Source of the DNA: Paraspadella gotoi
Taxonomy: Eukaryota > Animalia > Chaetognatha
Direction: 5' to 3'
NCBI GenBank assembly: GCA_051294375.1
Contig: CM119271.1
Location: 14,824,770-14,888,769, forward strand
DNA: 64,000 nucleotides
Positions 35,501-47,631 of the stretch are shown one piece after another (positions within the stretch are counted from its first letter, which is position 1; each line of letters begins with the position of its first letter). The notes under the pieces are model-generated. The model was not told where the DNA came from. It searched no databases and saw nothing but the letters and a program-made list of their open reading frames with translations. The translations under genes were made by a program, and so were the position numbers.

Positions 35501-38500
35501 AACAAACTGTATGATAACGTTACACATTTAGATAAAAAGATTATAGATAATTTATAATTTGATAAAAATAGCATAAAATTAACAAAGTTAGTTTAAAGAA
35601 TGAAACACCTGGAAAGCTAAAATTGTATATACCGAGATGACCGGTTTTGAGACGAACCTTTGAGAGAACCTCTGACTCGAGGACTTGGACGACTTCCGAC
35701 GAAGACTCGCGGCCGACTTGGACGTCATCGTCTTGAAGGTCACCGTCGAGTAGACGTTGTCGCCGTCGTCTTCGTCGTCGTCCTCGAAAGAGACGAAGCG
35801 AAGTAGGTCGTCGTCGTCGTCGTCTTCCATCGCGGCGCCTGCGTCGCGATCCGAAGATTCGTCGTCGTCGTCATCGGCGACGATAGCGGCGCCGTTCCTC
35901 TTCCGGCGTCGTCGTCGGCGTCGACGAACCTTTCGACTCTTTTCTCTCGCTTCGTTCGACGGACGAGTCGGCGTCTCGACGTCGCCATCGATTCCGGCAC
36001 CGTCGACCGGCTCCATCTTCGGCGTCGTCGACGAGCCTCGCGAGAAACTAGACCCGAAACCGCCGCTTCCTTGCTCCAGCAGAGTCTTGAAAGAAAAGGA
36101 AGGAGTGGGCGGCTTGACCGGCTCCTCTTCCTCTTCGCCGACGGAGGAGCGGCCCAAGTGGTCCAGCACCAGCTCTTTGGCTTTCTCTGGAATATCGGCC
36201 GTGTAGTTTTCCAGCATGAGGCGCTTAAGCTGATGCGTCCAGGATCGCTTTTCCTCCAGGGACTTGGCCTAGGAGGGGGAGAGACGGTAGTCAAGAATCA
36301 TTAAGTCAGGCTCGATTAAGCATCAATTGTGGCGAATCCTAAAATCGCCTCTCGTATAGCTTGGTGAAACTCAGCTCGTCCCATTAGCTTGGAGAGCTAG
36401 GTTATCATTCACCAATCACCAACCGTGAGTTCCGCGTTCAATCACCTCACGGACACTCTGGTTAAAGTGTGATGGTGTCGGCATAAACACGCCAGTTACA
36501 TGGGGTGGTCACTGCAGGTCCAAAGCCCTGAGCGCCAGCTGTCGGGAGATGCCCCACACCCCAGGCATCAAACATGTCTCTCCGTTGCTATAGTATAATC
36601 AATTCATTGACAAGGAACAGAACCGAGCTTAATTTTATAATACCTGAACGGTGAACTGCTCCTTAGGATTATCGTAGGCGAGAACGTGAAAGCAGAGAGG
36701 CTCCTTGGGAATAATCTCGACCACCATGAGGTTGGCGCAGGAGATGACCGCCTGAGGAAGGGAATGAAGGTTCGTGTGGCGGAGAAAATGGACCATGTCT
36801 CTGTCTCCCTCTTTGGATCTCACCTTGACGGCGAGCTTATTATTCTCGCGAGTCTTGCAGATAAGGAGGTTCTTCTCGAAGAGGAAGAGGTGGCGCTGAG
36901 CTTTAGCGCCGAAGACTCGAAACTTGGCTTCGAGGACGAGTTTGCCGGATGCGGAGAGGAGACGTTCCCAAGAAGCGTGAAGGAGGCCCTAGTGTTAATT
37001 ATTAATAACTTATTTACAACAATAAATCAATTTTTATTACGTTTCAAAAGCAATTAAGTTTTTTTTCTTATTTATTTATTCACTGTTAAAAATAAATAAA
37101 AATTGCTCAAAACGCACCGGAAAAAAAAACAAATAGGGTAGTTTGGGGTAATATAAAATTAATTAAAATAATGTCTGTAATCTATAATTTTTTTGGTTCA
37201 TTAAATATTTCACCAACTTGACTTTCCAATTTCAAAGTAGTTCTATTTGTATTCCCTTAAAGATCATATATGAAACATTTCAACATTTGGTCCATATTTA
37301 TTGCGGAACCATTTCCAGGCTCAAAAAACGGCGTATCATTTTCTAATACGAAGCCTTCTGTATCAAAAATCATTTTATTCATTAAAAAATATAAAATTAA
37401 AAAAATTTTAGTCGGATTTGCTCATCAGCAGATCCCGACTCTATAATCCACTTTGTCGGTCCGCCCCTCAATCTTGTCGGCATTTACTTAAATCATGTCA
37501 GAAAAATCAAATTATGATAAATTATGCCAAAAAAAATGTCTGTCCGTCCGTCCATCTGTCGGTCCGTTCGTCCCCACTAAGCCAAAAAACTCCAAATTTT
37601 GTGTGTGGAAAGTGTGTGATTGAGCTGGATATAAAGTTTCGATGGAATCTAGCGAGTGGAAATGAGTTAAAAATGGAAAAAACACTAAGCAAGTTGAAAA
37701 AATGATGCAAGTTTACAAAATTATTTGTACCATAGTAACAGTTCAGTTTAATTTCTTGCAAGAGATTTACATGTATTGGCGCAGCCACTGGTTTGATATG
37801 GTTCTGTTCGGATCGGATAGGATCACAAATTGAAAGAATTATCGAGATTTATCATCTGATTAGCAGATTACCGCTCAATTATCGTAGGCGGATCCGACAT
37901 TGTTGACTCGAACTTGTTTATACATAAAGCGAAAAAGTCTAACGTCGATGACTGCAATATGTAAATGAGATTAATAACCTGTATCTCCTCCAGCCTGGCG
38001 GCGACTTCGTGCTTCCGCTTATTCTCGTTGATTCCGCGCGCGATGTCTGTCATGGCGGCGAGGGCGTGGGAGACGACATCGCCTCCGCTGCGCCGCGGCG
38101 GGAAGTGCTTGAGCAGCGCTTGGAGCAACAGGTGATACTTGAGGATCCGTTGGACAGGTTTCAACAAGTAGGAGGCCAGCGGGAGGCCGTGGTCCAGCCT
38201 TTCCTGCAGCTCCTTGAGCAATCGCGCCACCTCGGGCCGCTTGAGACGATCGTTGAGCAATTCCGTCGACGCGGACGAGTTGTTGCAGTATTCCGCGTAG
38301 ACGTCGAACCCTTCGCGATGGGCCATGAAGCATCGGGAGATCTGCACGGGATCTCCGGAGCAGCTCTTCAACGCCTCCAGGAATTTGAAGTTGAAGAGGT
38401 AAACAGCCTTGAAAAAGATGTTGCCAAGATCACAAAAAAACTCGAATATACAATAAGGTACAATTTATTGTTCTAAACCCCAACGAATTATAAGGTCAGG

Positions 38501-40300
38501 TTAACTGTAATTTCACATCATTCCGTCTTCCTCAAGAATAGAACTATGATCAACAAAACTTCAAGAATTTCATCTCGTCTCACTTTTCTTCACACACCCC
38601 TTATCCCCAACCACCTACTACAGAGAGTCTCAAACTTTCTAGTAATAATTATGTAAAATGATAAAACAGGACATTAGACAAACATTATCACAAACATAAG
38701 TTATTCAAGTTTACCACAAATGCTGCAATATGCAAATGAGATTGAAAAACTCAATACCTCAAAATTCCCGAAGAGTCCGAAGAGGTCTTCCTCCGAGAGC
38801 GGGACGGTCCTCTCGCGGACGGCCTTCTGCAGGGGATCGAGGTAGCCGAGGATGATGGCGCCGAGGTCGGCGACGAACGCCTTCTCCGTCTCCATGATTT
38901 CCTCAACCACTTTGTCGAGCAGCGAGGATTTGCGGGAAGAGTAGGAGGAGGAGGAGGATGAGCGGACGGCCGGGATGGTCGAAGCGGGCGGCGGCGGAGG
39001 AGGGCGCGGCGGCGGAAGCGGCGCCGTTTCGGGCGAGAAAGGCGTCGAGGGCGCCGGGGATTCGATCGCCGACGTCTCGACCGTCGTCGTCGTCGGCGCG
39101 AAGACGCTGGAGGAGAAAGAGTCTTCGCAAAAAGTGGAGGAGGCGCGAGCGTCCGATTCCGTCAGGATCGACAAAAGGGAAATGTCCATACATTCTGAGA
39201 TCTCGGCGTAGTCGTGGTCGTCGTCATGGTCGTCGATGTGGTCGTCGATGTGGTCGTCATCGTCACAGCTGCTGACGCCATCGTCATCGTCTTCGTCACC
39301 GGCTTTATTGCAGTTTAGGTCCTGAGTCGGCGAATTGCACTTGATGTTTAGCGAGTCGTTCAGCGAGTCGTTTAGCGAGTCGCATCCCTTTCCCGATTTG
39401 TCGTCGTTGTTGTAGTTGCACGTTGCAGTTGCATTGAAGTCGTTTGAAGAGAAATTGAAAAGAGATTCGTCTTTGGTTTCGATTCGAGTCGAAGAAGAGA
39501 GATTTATGGCACTTGATGCGACGGCGACGCCGAGACCCGCGGCGGCGCCGTCTTCGCTGTCACAGCCGGAACCGGCGGCGACGCCGTTTGAAATATTGCG
39601 AACGGCGACGCCCGAGTTGTTGTTGTTGTTCCATTCGCGGGGGGAAGAGTGAGAGACGGCGGGAGTTGGAGGTGAAGAGAGAGGAGGGGCGTGGCGAGGG
39701 GCGACGCCGTCGGGAAGAGAAGACAAAAGGCGATCGAGAAGATCGCAGGGAGTCGCTCCGTCTGTGTGTGAGTGAGTGTGAGAAAGAGAGAGAAAAGAAA
39801 AGAGGGAGAGAGACAGAGGTGAAGAGAGAAAGACAGAGGAGAGAGAAAGTGACAGAGATGGAGGAAGAGAGAGTACGTAGCGTAAAAATGTCAATTTAAA
39901 AATATATTTTTTTAAGAAACAACGGTTATTTACCTCCATTACTGGGATATTTTTCTTCCTCTTCCTCAACCACATTCTCGTCTTCTTCCTCCTCCTCCTC
40001 TTCCTCCCTCTTTTCCTCCAAAAAGAAGCGAAAGTCTTTCGACGCGGATTTCCGTCTCTTCCTTCCACCGGCGCCGTCGAATCCAAGACGCCGCGTCTCA
40101 ACGGAGGCTGCGTCGTTTGGCGGCACCGAAGAACGCGATTCGGCGTCGAGATCCAACCGGCGCCGATCTCTTTCCGGCGTCAGACTCTTGAGGATGTCGT
40201 GGAGGTCGGCGTCGTCGAAGCCGACGCGCGTGCGAAACTCTTCGTCGGAATTGGGACGAGAGGTTGGAGTATCCGTGGAGTCGTCGACCCGAATCTCCAT
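32517..40300 (-). CDS. DH-PH Rho guanine exchange factor of the PLEKHG1/2/3 family, ~9 exons
   Basis: VVEEIMETEKAFVADL...FGNFE, FDVYAEYCNN, HGLPLASYLLKPVQRILKYHLLLQ; PH domain RHLFLFEKNLLICK...ISCANLMVVEIIPKEPLCFHV...FTVQAKSLEEKRSWTHQLKRLMLENY...IPEKAKELVL. Start codon uncertain. Confidence 0.9.
36328..36592 (+). mobile_element. Full-length 265-bp tRNA-containing solo-LTR-like element (RhoGEF intron)
   Basis: TGTGGCG...GTTGCTATA termini and a B-box-like CCGCGTTCAATCAC; homologous to the copies at 5866, 9230 and (divergently) 56488. Confidence 0.8.
37405..37919 (+). mobile_element. Near-complete HINE/DINE-1-like Helentron derivative
   Basis: 5' TTTTAGTCGG...CCGACTCTATA inverted repeat, (GTCY)n at ~37537-37573, subterminal GATCCGAC repeat and T-rich ends. 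Confidence 0.78.
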
Positions 40301-41833
40301 GATGAGAGGAGGTCGACTGAGAGAGAGGAGGGGCGCCGGAGGATCTCGGCCAAAGGCGCCGAGATAGAGCGACCGGATGGTTGGATGGATGCCGGGAGAG
40401 AATCTCGGCTGAAGGAGAGATCATTGCCGGATGGAGTAAAAGGGAAGAGTGGAGAGTCTAATCTAATTCAGTTCCACCGAATGTGTGTTTTTTTTTTTGC
40501 TTTTTGTTTTCATTCGGGGAAGCATCGTTGGCGTCTTCGTCGTCGTCAGATTTGACAAAAATGAGGTGAGGATATTGGTAAGTGAAAGTGGGGAGAAAAA
40601 GGGAAGAGATGGGGAAACGGAAGAGGTTAAAAATATAAAAGAGAAGGAGAAAGAACTAATATGTAAGGAGAAAAAAAAGAAGGATAGTCGACGCCGACGC
40701 CGTCATCGACGGGCGGATTAACTCTCGCCGTCGTTTTATGTGTCTCTTATGGCCTGGTAATCCAAATCGTTTACATGACAGTTTATAACATTCATCATTT
40801 ATTTAATATTTCATACATGAGTCTGAGAGAAAGAGAAGCGGAATGGGAATAAACATTTTGATCAATTCTTTTGTTTGTTTTTTTTTTAATAATAAATTCG
40901 AGGTACACGCGTGGAAAGGTTGCCTATAAGCCTAAAGCTTGTAGTGGCGCGGCGGGACTAGCGTCGCTCGTTGTGATTACGAAAATATAACACCGTGTCG
41001 AGGGGATCGAAGACTTTCTTCGTTACCGAGCGACGGGACGCGATTCGACCCAATTAAATACGGCGTCTTGTAAACTTAATATTTTTTTTAAAATCAAACT
41101 GAAGCCATAACCAAAAAAGCTCGATAAAAAATTCTATCGGTTGTAAAATAGGATATATTTATAGAATGAAACCCATTAAGCATTAGCTAAGAGATAAAAT
41201 AATTGGGTGAAAAAAGAAAGTAAAATTGCGACGGCGCCAGAATAACGACGATTATCACAGAAATTAACGACGAGGTAACATTTCATTCACATAACTCGAT
41301 CAAAGTTAAAAACGAAAGGTTAGACTCACAAAACTGGATATACATTATACAACGAACGATAAAAAAATCACTGGACTCAAACACTAAATCTAAACATCGA
41401 TAAGTAAATAAAAAATAAAAAACAAACTAATATAGAATAAACTACCCATCTCGATTTCAATTCATTACATTTTTATCATGTATATTGCAAGCACTCATCG
41501 AAAATTTTAAACTTTCAAGTCTGCGGAGTCACTTTCGAGTGATTTAAATAATTTCTGGCCTTTTGTTATGGCGCATCATGCGATTGCGCTTTGGCGGAAA
41601 ATAACGTCAACTACGTATATTTCAATTCAAACATGTGGAATTATAAATTTAAAACATAAATAACGTTCGAATTGCCGATACACATTCGTTGGCTTTTTTG
41701 ACTTTTACAAGAACAAAATTGTGGTCCACAGAGGGGGGGGGAAAGCGGGGAAAATGGAATCAATTTGTCTCTTTTCCTCTCGATTTGTCTCTCGCGCTTA
41801 AGTTTTCTTGAAGATCATCCTCCAGGCGGAAGT

Positions 41834-44473
41834 CTAGAACCCGGCCTGGGCTTCGTCCCGAACGCCCTCCGCGCCTGGACCTCCATCCGCCACTGCCGCT
41901 GCCTCCTCCGCCGCCGCCGCAGCAGCCGCCTCCGAGAATCCCGGAAGATTATCCAGCATTCCTCTCTGCCTCAGATGCTCTTTGAGTACGTTGAAGAGCA
42001 CCACCTGAGAAATTTAATTCTTTTAAATTAATTTGCATATTGAAGTATTAGGTTTTTTTTCGCGAGTAATCCCAGAAGGTAGGGAAAAACGTATAAAATT
42101 ATTCATTCATAGATTTTAATATTTGCACCTCAACTCTCCGATATCCAGAATAAAAGATTCTACAAAGAGAATAATCGTAGGATCTTTATTTTTTCGGGTT
42201 CACAGAGGGCCAAAATAAAACTTAAAAACTTTTAAGTAAGGTGAATATAATTCAAAGTTGAGGCAATTACTTAAAATTGAAAATCTCAACTACTTGGATG
42301 AAAAAAACATCGTGACTTCTGGTCCTTTTATTCCATTCTTTTAACTCTGTTATTGTCTTTTGATTGTGTTAATATCTCTTTTGTTATTATTAAAAAAAAT
42401 TATGTTGTTATTTTGTCTGTTATTTTTTTTTAAAAAAGTTTTTAATTTAGATTCTGTAATATCGTTATCGGTATTTATTAAAAAAAATCTAAATGGAGGC
42501 ATTATATATTGTATACATTATATCCAGCCTCGCATCCCCACCTGTTCGTCGGGCTTGAGCGCGAGTATGTTCAGCAGCAGCTTCCTGGGATCTGCGGCCC
42601 GAATGAAGGAAGAGTAATAGACGTGAACGAAAGAGCCCATGATGAGCTGACAGTCGAAGCGATCCATGAAGCCCCCGTGGCCGGGGATCGTGTCCGCAAA
42701 GTCCTTGATCTTGAAGGCCCGCTTGAAGCCGGAGGCGAAGAAGCCGCCGAAGGGCCCGATGAGGGAGCCGAAGACGGAAAAGACGAGCGCGTGCAGCTGG
42801 AACGGGTACGCGGTCACCGTGCCGTCCCGGTTGCCGATCACCCAAGAGGCGGGGGCAAGAAAGGCGGGCAATTTGTACTCGGTCGGGCGGAAGACCGGAG
42901 CTCTCTCGCATTCTGTCATCAATCGTTGCTCCTCTTCGTTGTAGGTGAACGGGCAGAGGAAGTGCTCGTGAAGGAGCAGAACCTGAAGTAGGTAGTTAAT
43001 ATTAATTAAATTGTATATTTTAAAGAGTTTAATTTTAGACAAGATCAGATTTTTTCTCAAAATGCATCATCAAGAAAAAGAAATTATTACCATTATTTTT
43101 CTTTTTAGCTTACAAATTAAAAATATATTTTTAGGCAGCATTTATTTAACAAAATAAAGACAACAAAACGGAGATGACAAGGGAAAAAAAATCACGAATT
43201 GCGTAACGACGCTTATATTATTTTTTTATAATTAAAAAAAAAATTAATACCAAAAATAGCATTGACAGAAACAGTAAGAGTGTAAAAGACTAGAAACCAG
43301 AGATGTGGAAGCGATCGATTTTTCCGCCGCTGCCAATCCGGCGCTTCCAAGACCCCTCCCGCTCCCGTTTTCGGGTGCAATCCTTACTTTTTTAGCCTGG
43401 ATCGCTTTCGGTTTCGAGTGCACATCGCTTCCTTCCTTTAGAAATTTTACATTTGTTATTATTTATAAAAAATACTCTATTTAGACATGTAATTCATTGG
43501 TAAATAATTTTAAACAATCTTTTTTGTTACAAATAACAAGTAAAATTTTTACTATGAAAAATTGTAAGATTTGTAGATTGTAAGAATCGTTCAAGTGGAA
43601 ATGAGTTTAAATGAAAAAAAAAAACCCCTTTTTCCCTATTTGTTTTTTATTTTTTATTAAATATAAATACAAGCTGCATTAATTATTCAATTAATCAATT
43701 AATTAATCAATCATTCAATCAACTAAACAACTAATCAATCAAAATCATTTAAAAATTAATGAATCAATTTTTTTATCAATCAATTAAATAATCAATTAAT
43801 TTATCAATCAACTAATTAATAAATTTATTTATCAATAAAATTATTAAAATAACCAATTAATTAATCAATTAATTAATCAATCAATTAAACAATGTTAGTG
43901 TTATCATTGTCATCTCCAACGTTTGTTGTTGCTTTTGTCCTGGTCAGTGACCTGACAAAAAGACCTAAAAATTAACAGGCCTGATATGAATTTATTTTAT
44001 TTGATCAATCAATCATTCAATTAATCATAATGGTGCTATCCTTGTTGTCATCATAATCATCATCAGGGTAGTCATTTCTTTTGTCATAATAAAAAAAACA
44101 AAAAAACAACAAGTTTGAGCTAACAATGCCAGAACTGATCAGTTAATTAATTATTCAATCAATTAATCAAATATTCAATCAATCAATCAAAAAATTACAA
44201 TCAATCATTTGTCATCGTCGGTATTATCATTGTCGTAGTTGCCATCATTAATTAATTAAACTCCTTTATCTTTGTTGTACATTGCAAAAATGTATCTTTA
44301 TTATTATTTATCCCTGTTGTTTTGTTTCTCTTCTCTCTCTCTCTCTCTCTTCTTTAACAAGTTTCATTTCTTTTCACAACTCACTCAATCTGCCTTACCT
44401 TCAACCTGTCCTCACATCTGACCACTATTCTGTCTCACCACTTTGTTGGAAAACTTTACCCTCTCTCTCTCTT

Positions 44474-44505
<32 letters not shown>

Positions 44506-46518
44506 GCACTCTTCTTTTACACAAATTTATTATTGAATGTCATATGCTGATGAAGGCTTGAAGTAAACAAGCCGAAACATGTCCAACTATTAATTAAAAA
44601 TCGTTGTTACAAATTCAAATTCTTTGCTTTCTCTAAATTATTAATTGAAATATTTTTATAATGTTTGCGGTGACTCAATACAAAATTTATAAAAAATTTG
44701 AGGCGTGTTTTTTGTGATAAAAAAAAACCTGGTATTATCAAAAACAGTAAAAAAGTATAAAAATGATAAAAATAATAATAAACAACTCGTATTTACATTG
44801 GCTGAGAAAAAGGTCAGCCATAACAAGATTAGGTAAAAACAGGTCATTCTTATTGACCACTACTGTACTACGGCTCACAAAGTACAAAGACTTCGTCGTC
44901 GTTTTTCGTCATTGTATTCATCGCCGTTGTCGTCTTTGTTCAAATCATTTGAGCTCCCAAATGTTCGATGTTATTATTTTAATTAATTAATATGTAATTA
45001 ATTAAATATTATTTTTTTTTCAATTAATTAATCAATTAATTACCATAATGATTGTGGGAAGATCCGGCATGTTTGCTCAAACTTGTTTATTAATAATTTT
45101 ATTTATTTATTTTATATATTTTTTTTTATTTGCTTTTTTGTTCAGTGCAAGAGGGGAAAAGAGGAAAGAAGATAGAGAAGAGAGTGTGTTAGAGATTTAA
45201 GTATGTAAGGCATAATATTATGCAATATGCAATAAAACAGAATCAATCCTTTTGGTTTAAACTTGTTTAACATGAAAAACGTTATAGATTTAAAAAAAAA
45301 AAAGACTTAAATTTAAATAAATAATAAAAATATAAGAAATAAAATTTTTAGTTTTATAGAATTAAAAAAAAGTTTAATTTAAATTTTAATATTAACTTAA
45401 CTACAGTTTTTTTCAGATAGAAAAAAAAAAATTTTTTCAGCTCAGATTTTATTTGAATATATTAAAAAGAATAATTAAAAAAATAAAAATGTAATTTTTT
45501 TCATAGATTCTCGACCAAAGAGGAAGAAGAGAATAAAAGAAAAAAAAAATAAAAGAAGAGAATAAGAAAAAGTGAATAAAAAATAGGAGCAAACAATTTT
45601 AAATGTTGAAAATAAATATTAAAAACAAATTTTAAAAGAACAAGTTTGAGCAAACAATGTCGGATCTGCCTACGATAATATCATTAATTGAATTGAATTA
45701 ATAATATAATTAATAATTAAAGTAATTATTATAGATTACATTAATTAATTAATTAATAGATTAATTATAATTTTATTCACTTCGTCAATACGATGTCCTT
45801 AAAATTGGGTCAGGACAGTTATGAAATGTTTTTGTTTACATTTTATCAAACAAACAAATATCCTCTTATTATCCGAGCCAGGCGGGCAAAGCCCGTCTGT
45901 CTAGATTTTTTCGGTGTAGACTTTCGCCTGCTTTTTGCAATCATGGCTTCTGAAAGTGTGATATCATAGAGTTGAATTTCATAACTGCTCTAATCATCAA
46001 GATCTTTAAAAATTCTCATGTTCATATCAAATTGTATTATTTATTTACTCTATTTATTAATTGTCTCCAATGTTAGTTTAAACTCCTACTTTGTTGACAT
46101 TGCAAAAATATACTTTAATATTTATCTCTGGTTTGTTTCTCTTCTTCACTCCTCTCTCCTTAAACAAGTTTCACTCTTTTCACAACTCACTCAATCTGCT
46201 ACCTCAACCTTCCCACATCTGACCATATTCGTCTCACCACTTGTGTGGAAAACTTTTCCCTTCTCTCTTCTCTCTCTCTCCACACCTCTTGCACAAAATT
46301 TTATTTGAGTCAATGCTGAGAAGGCTGAAAAAGCAAGCCGAAACATGTCCAACACTAATAAAAATCGTGTGTAAATTCGAAAATTCTTGCTCTCTCTAAT
46401 GTTTTATTTACAAAACAAAAACTTTAATTATATTCGCTCTCTCTCCTCTCTTTTTTCTCCTCACTGGGCTTCTCTGAAAAACGAGTTCCGGCTCTGCAGC
46501 GTCTCGTCCAGCTTCTTT

Positions 46519-46549
<31 letters not shown>

Positions 46550-47592
46550 TACAAAAAATTTTTTAGATATAATGTGGGTTCACTAATGTAAAAAACGATG
46601 CCGCAACAGGCCGCGAACCGGGTCCTTTGGGTAGAGAAAGCTCACGCTACGTGCGGCGCCATAAGTATGCTGATCTTTAACGAGTAAAGGGGCTGTAGAG
46701 TCTCTCCTCTCTCTCTCTCTTTAATTACTATATATAGCTCTTTCTCTTTCTTTCTCTGCAGCGGCTGTCTCTCACTCTCTCTCTCTGTCTCTCCTGTGTG
46801 TGTCTGTCCATCTGTCTGATCTTTGCGTGATCGTGTTTTTGAAAAATTCTGATTATTTTTTTCCTTCTAAAACTTTTTATTATTGCCATTTATTCCGCGC
46901 TTTTTTTCAATACAAAATCCCATATTTTCATCCGAGATTTCGTGGATTTATTCTCTTTCTTTCTTTCTCTCTCTCTCTCTCTCTTTCTCTCTCTCCTCTT
47001 TCTTTCTCTCTCTCTCTTCTCTCTCTCTCTCTCTCTCTCTCTTCATCATACACGCATTTGTTTGTTTTATTGGACTATCATCGCATCAGAAATGACAATT
47101 TTAATTCTTATGGAAGACTAATCTATATCGGTCCGCCTCGCAACGAAATGCCTTTTGTTCGCGCTAGTCGTAGAATCGCGCGTTAATCAGAGTAAGAAAA
47201 ACCGAACAAAATAACATCGATAGATAAAAAAGAAAATCCAGGGGAAGCCGTCACGTACGGCCTCGACAAGGGACCGGCAAATCCCAAGCCGGCTCCCTCC
47301 CTCACCGGAACTACGAACGTCCTCAAACGTCCCTAGAAGAACCCGGAGGGGCCCCCCGCGACGTCCCTGCAGAGAAACGGAAGAAGTCGCGCGCCAACCA
47401 ATCTCCCTGCGCGAAGATCGAACGCCAAGATCCACTCCGCGGGCAAAGAGCTCCGAGACCATGCCATAGCGCGCGTCGACCGCCGGGGACGCGGAAACGT
47501 CCGCCCAAGAGCAGCTCCTTGAGAAGGGAGNNNNNNNNNNNNNNNNNNNNNNNNNAAGTTAACTGTCTCACCACTTTGTTGGAAAAACTTTT

Positions 47593-47631
<39 letters not shown>

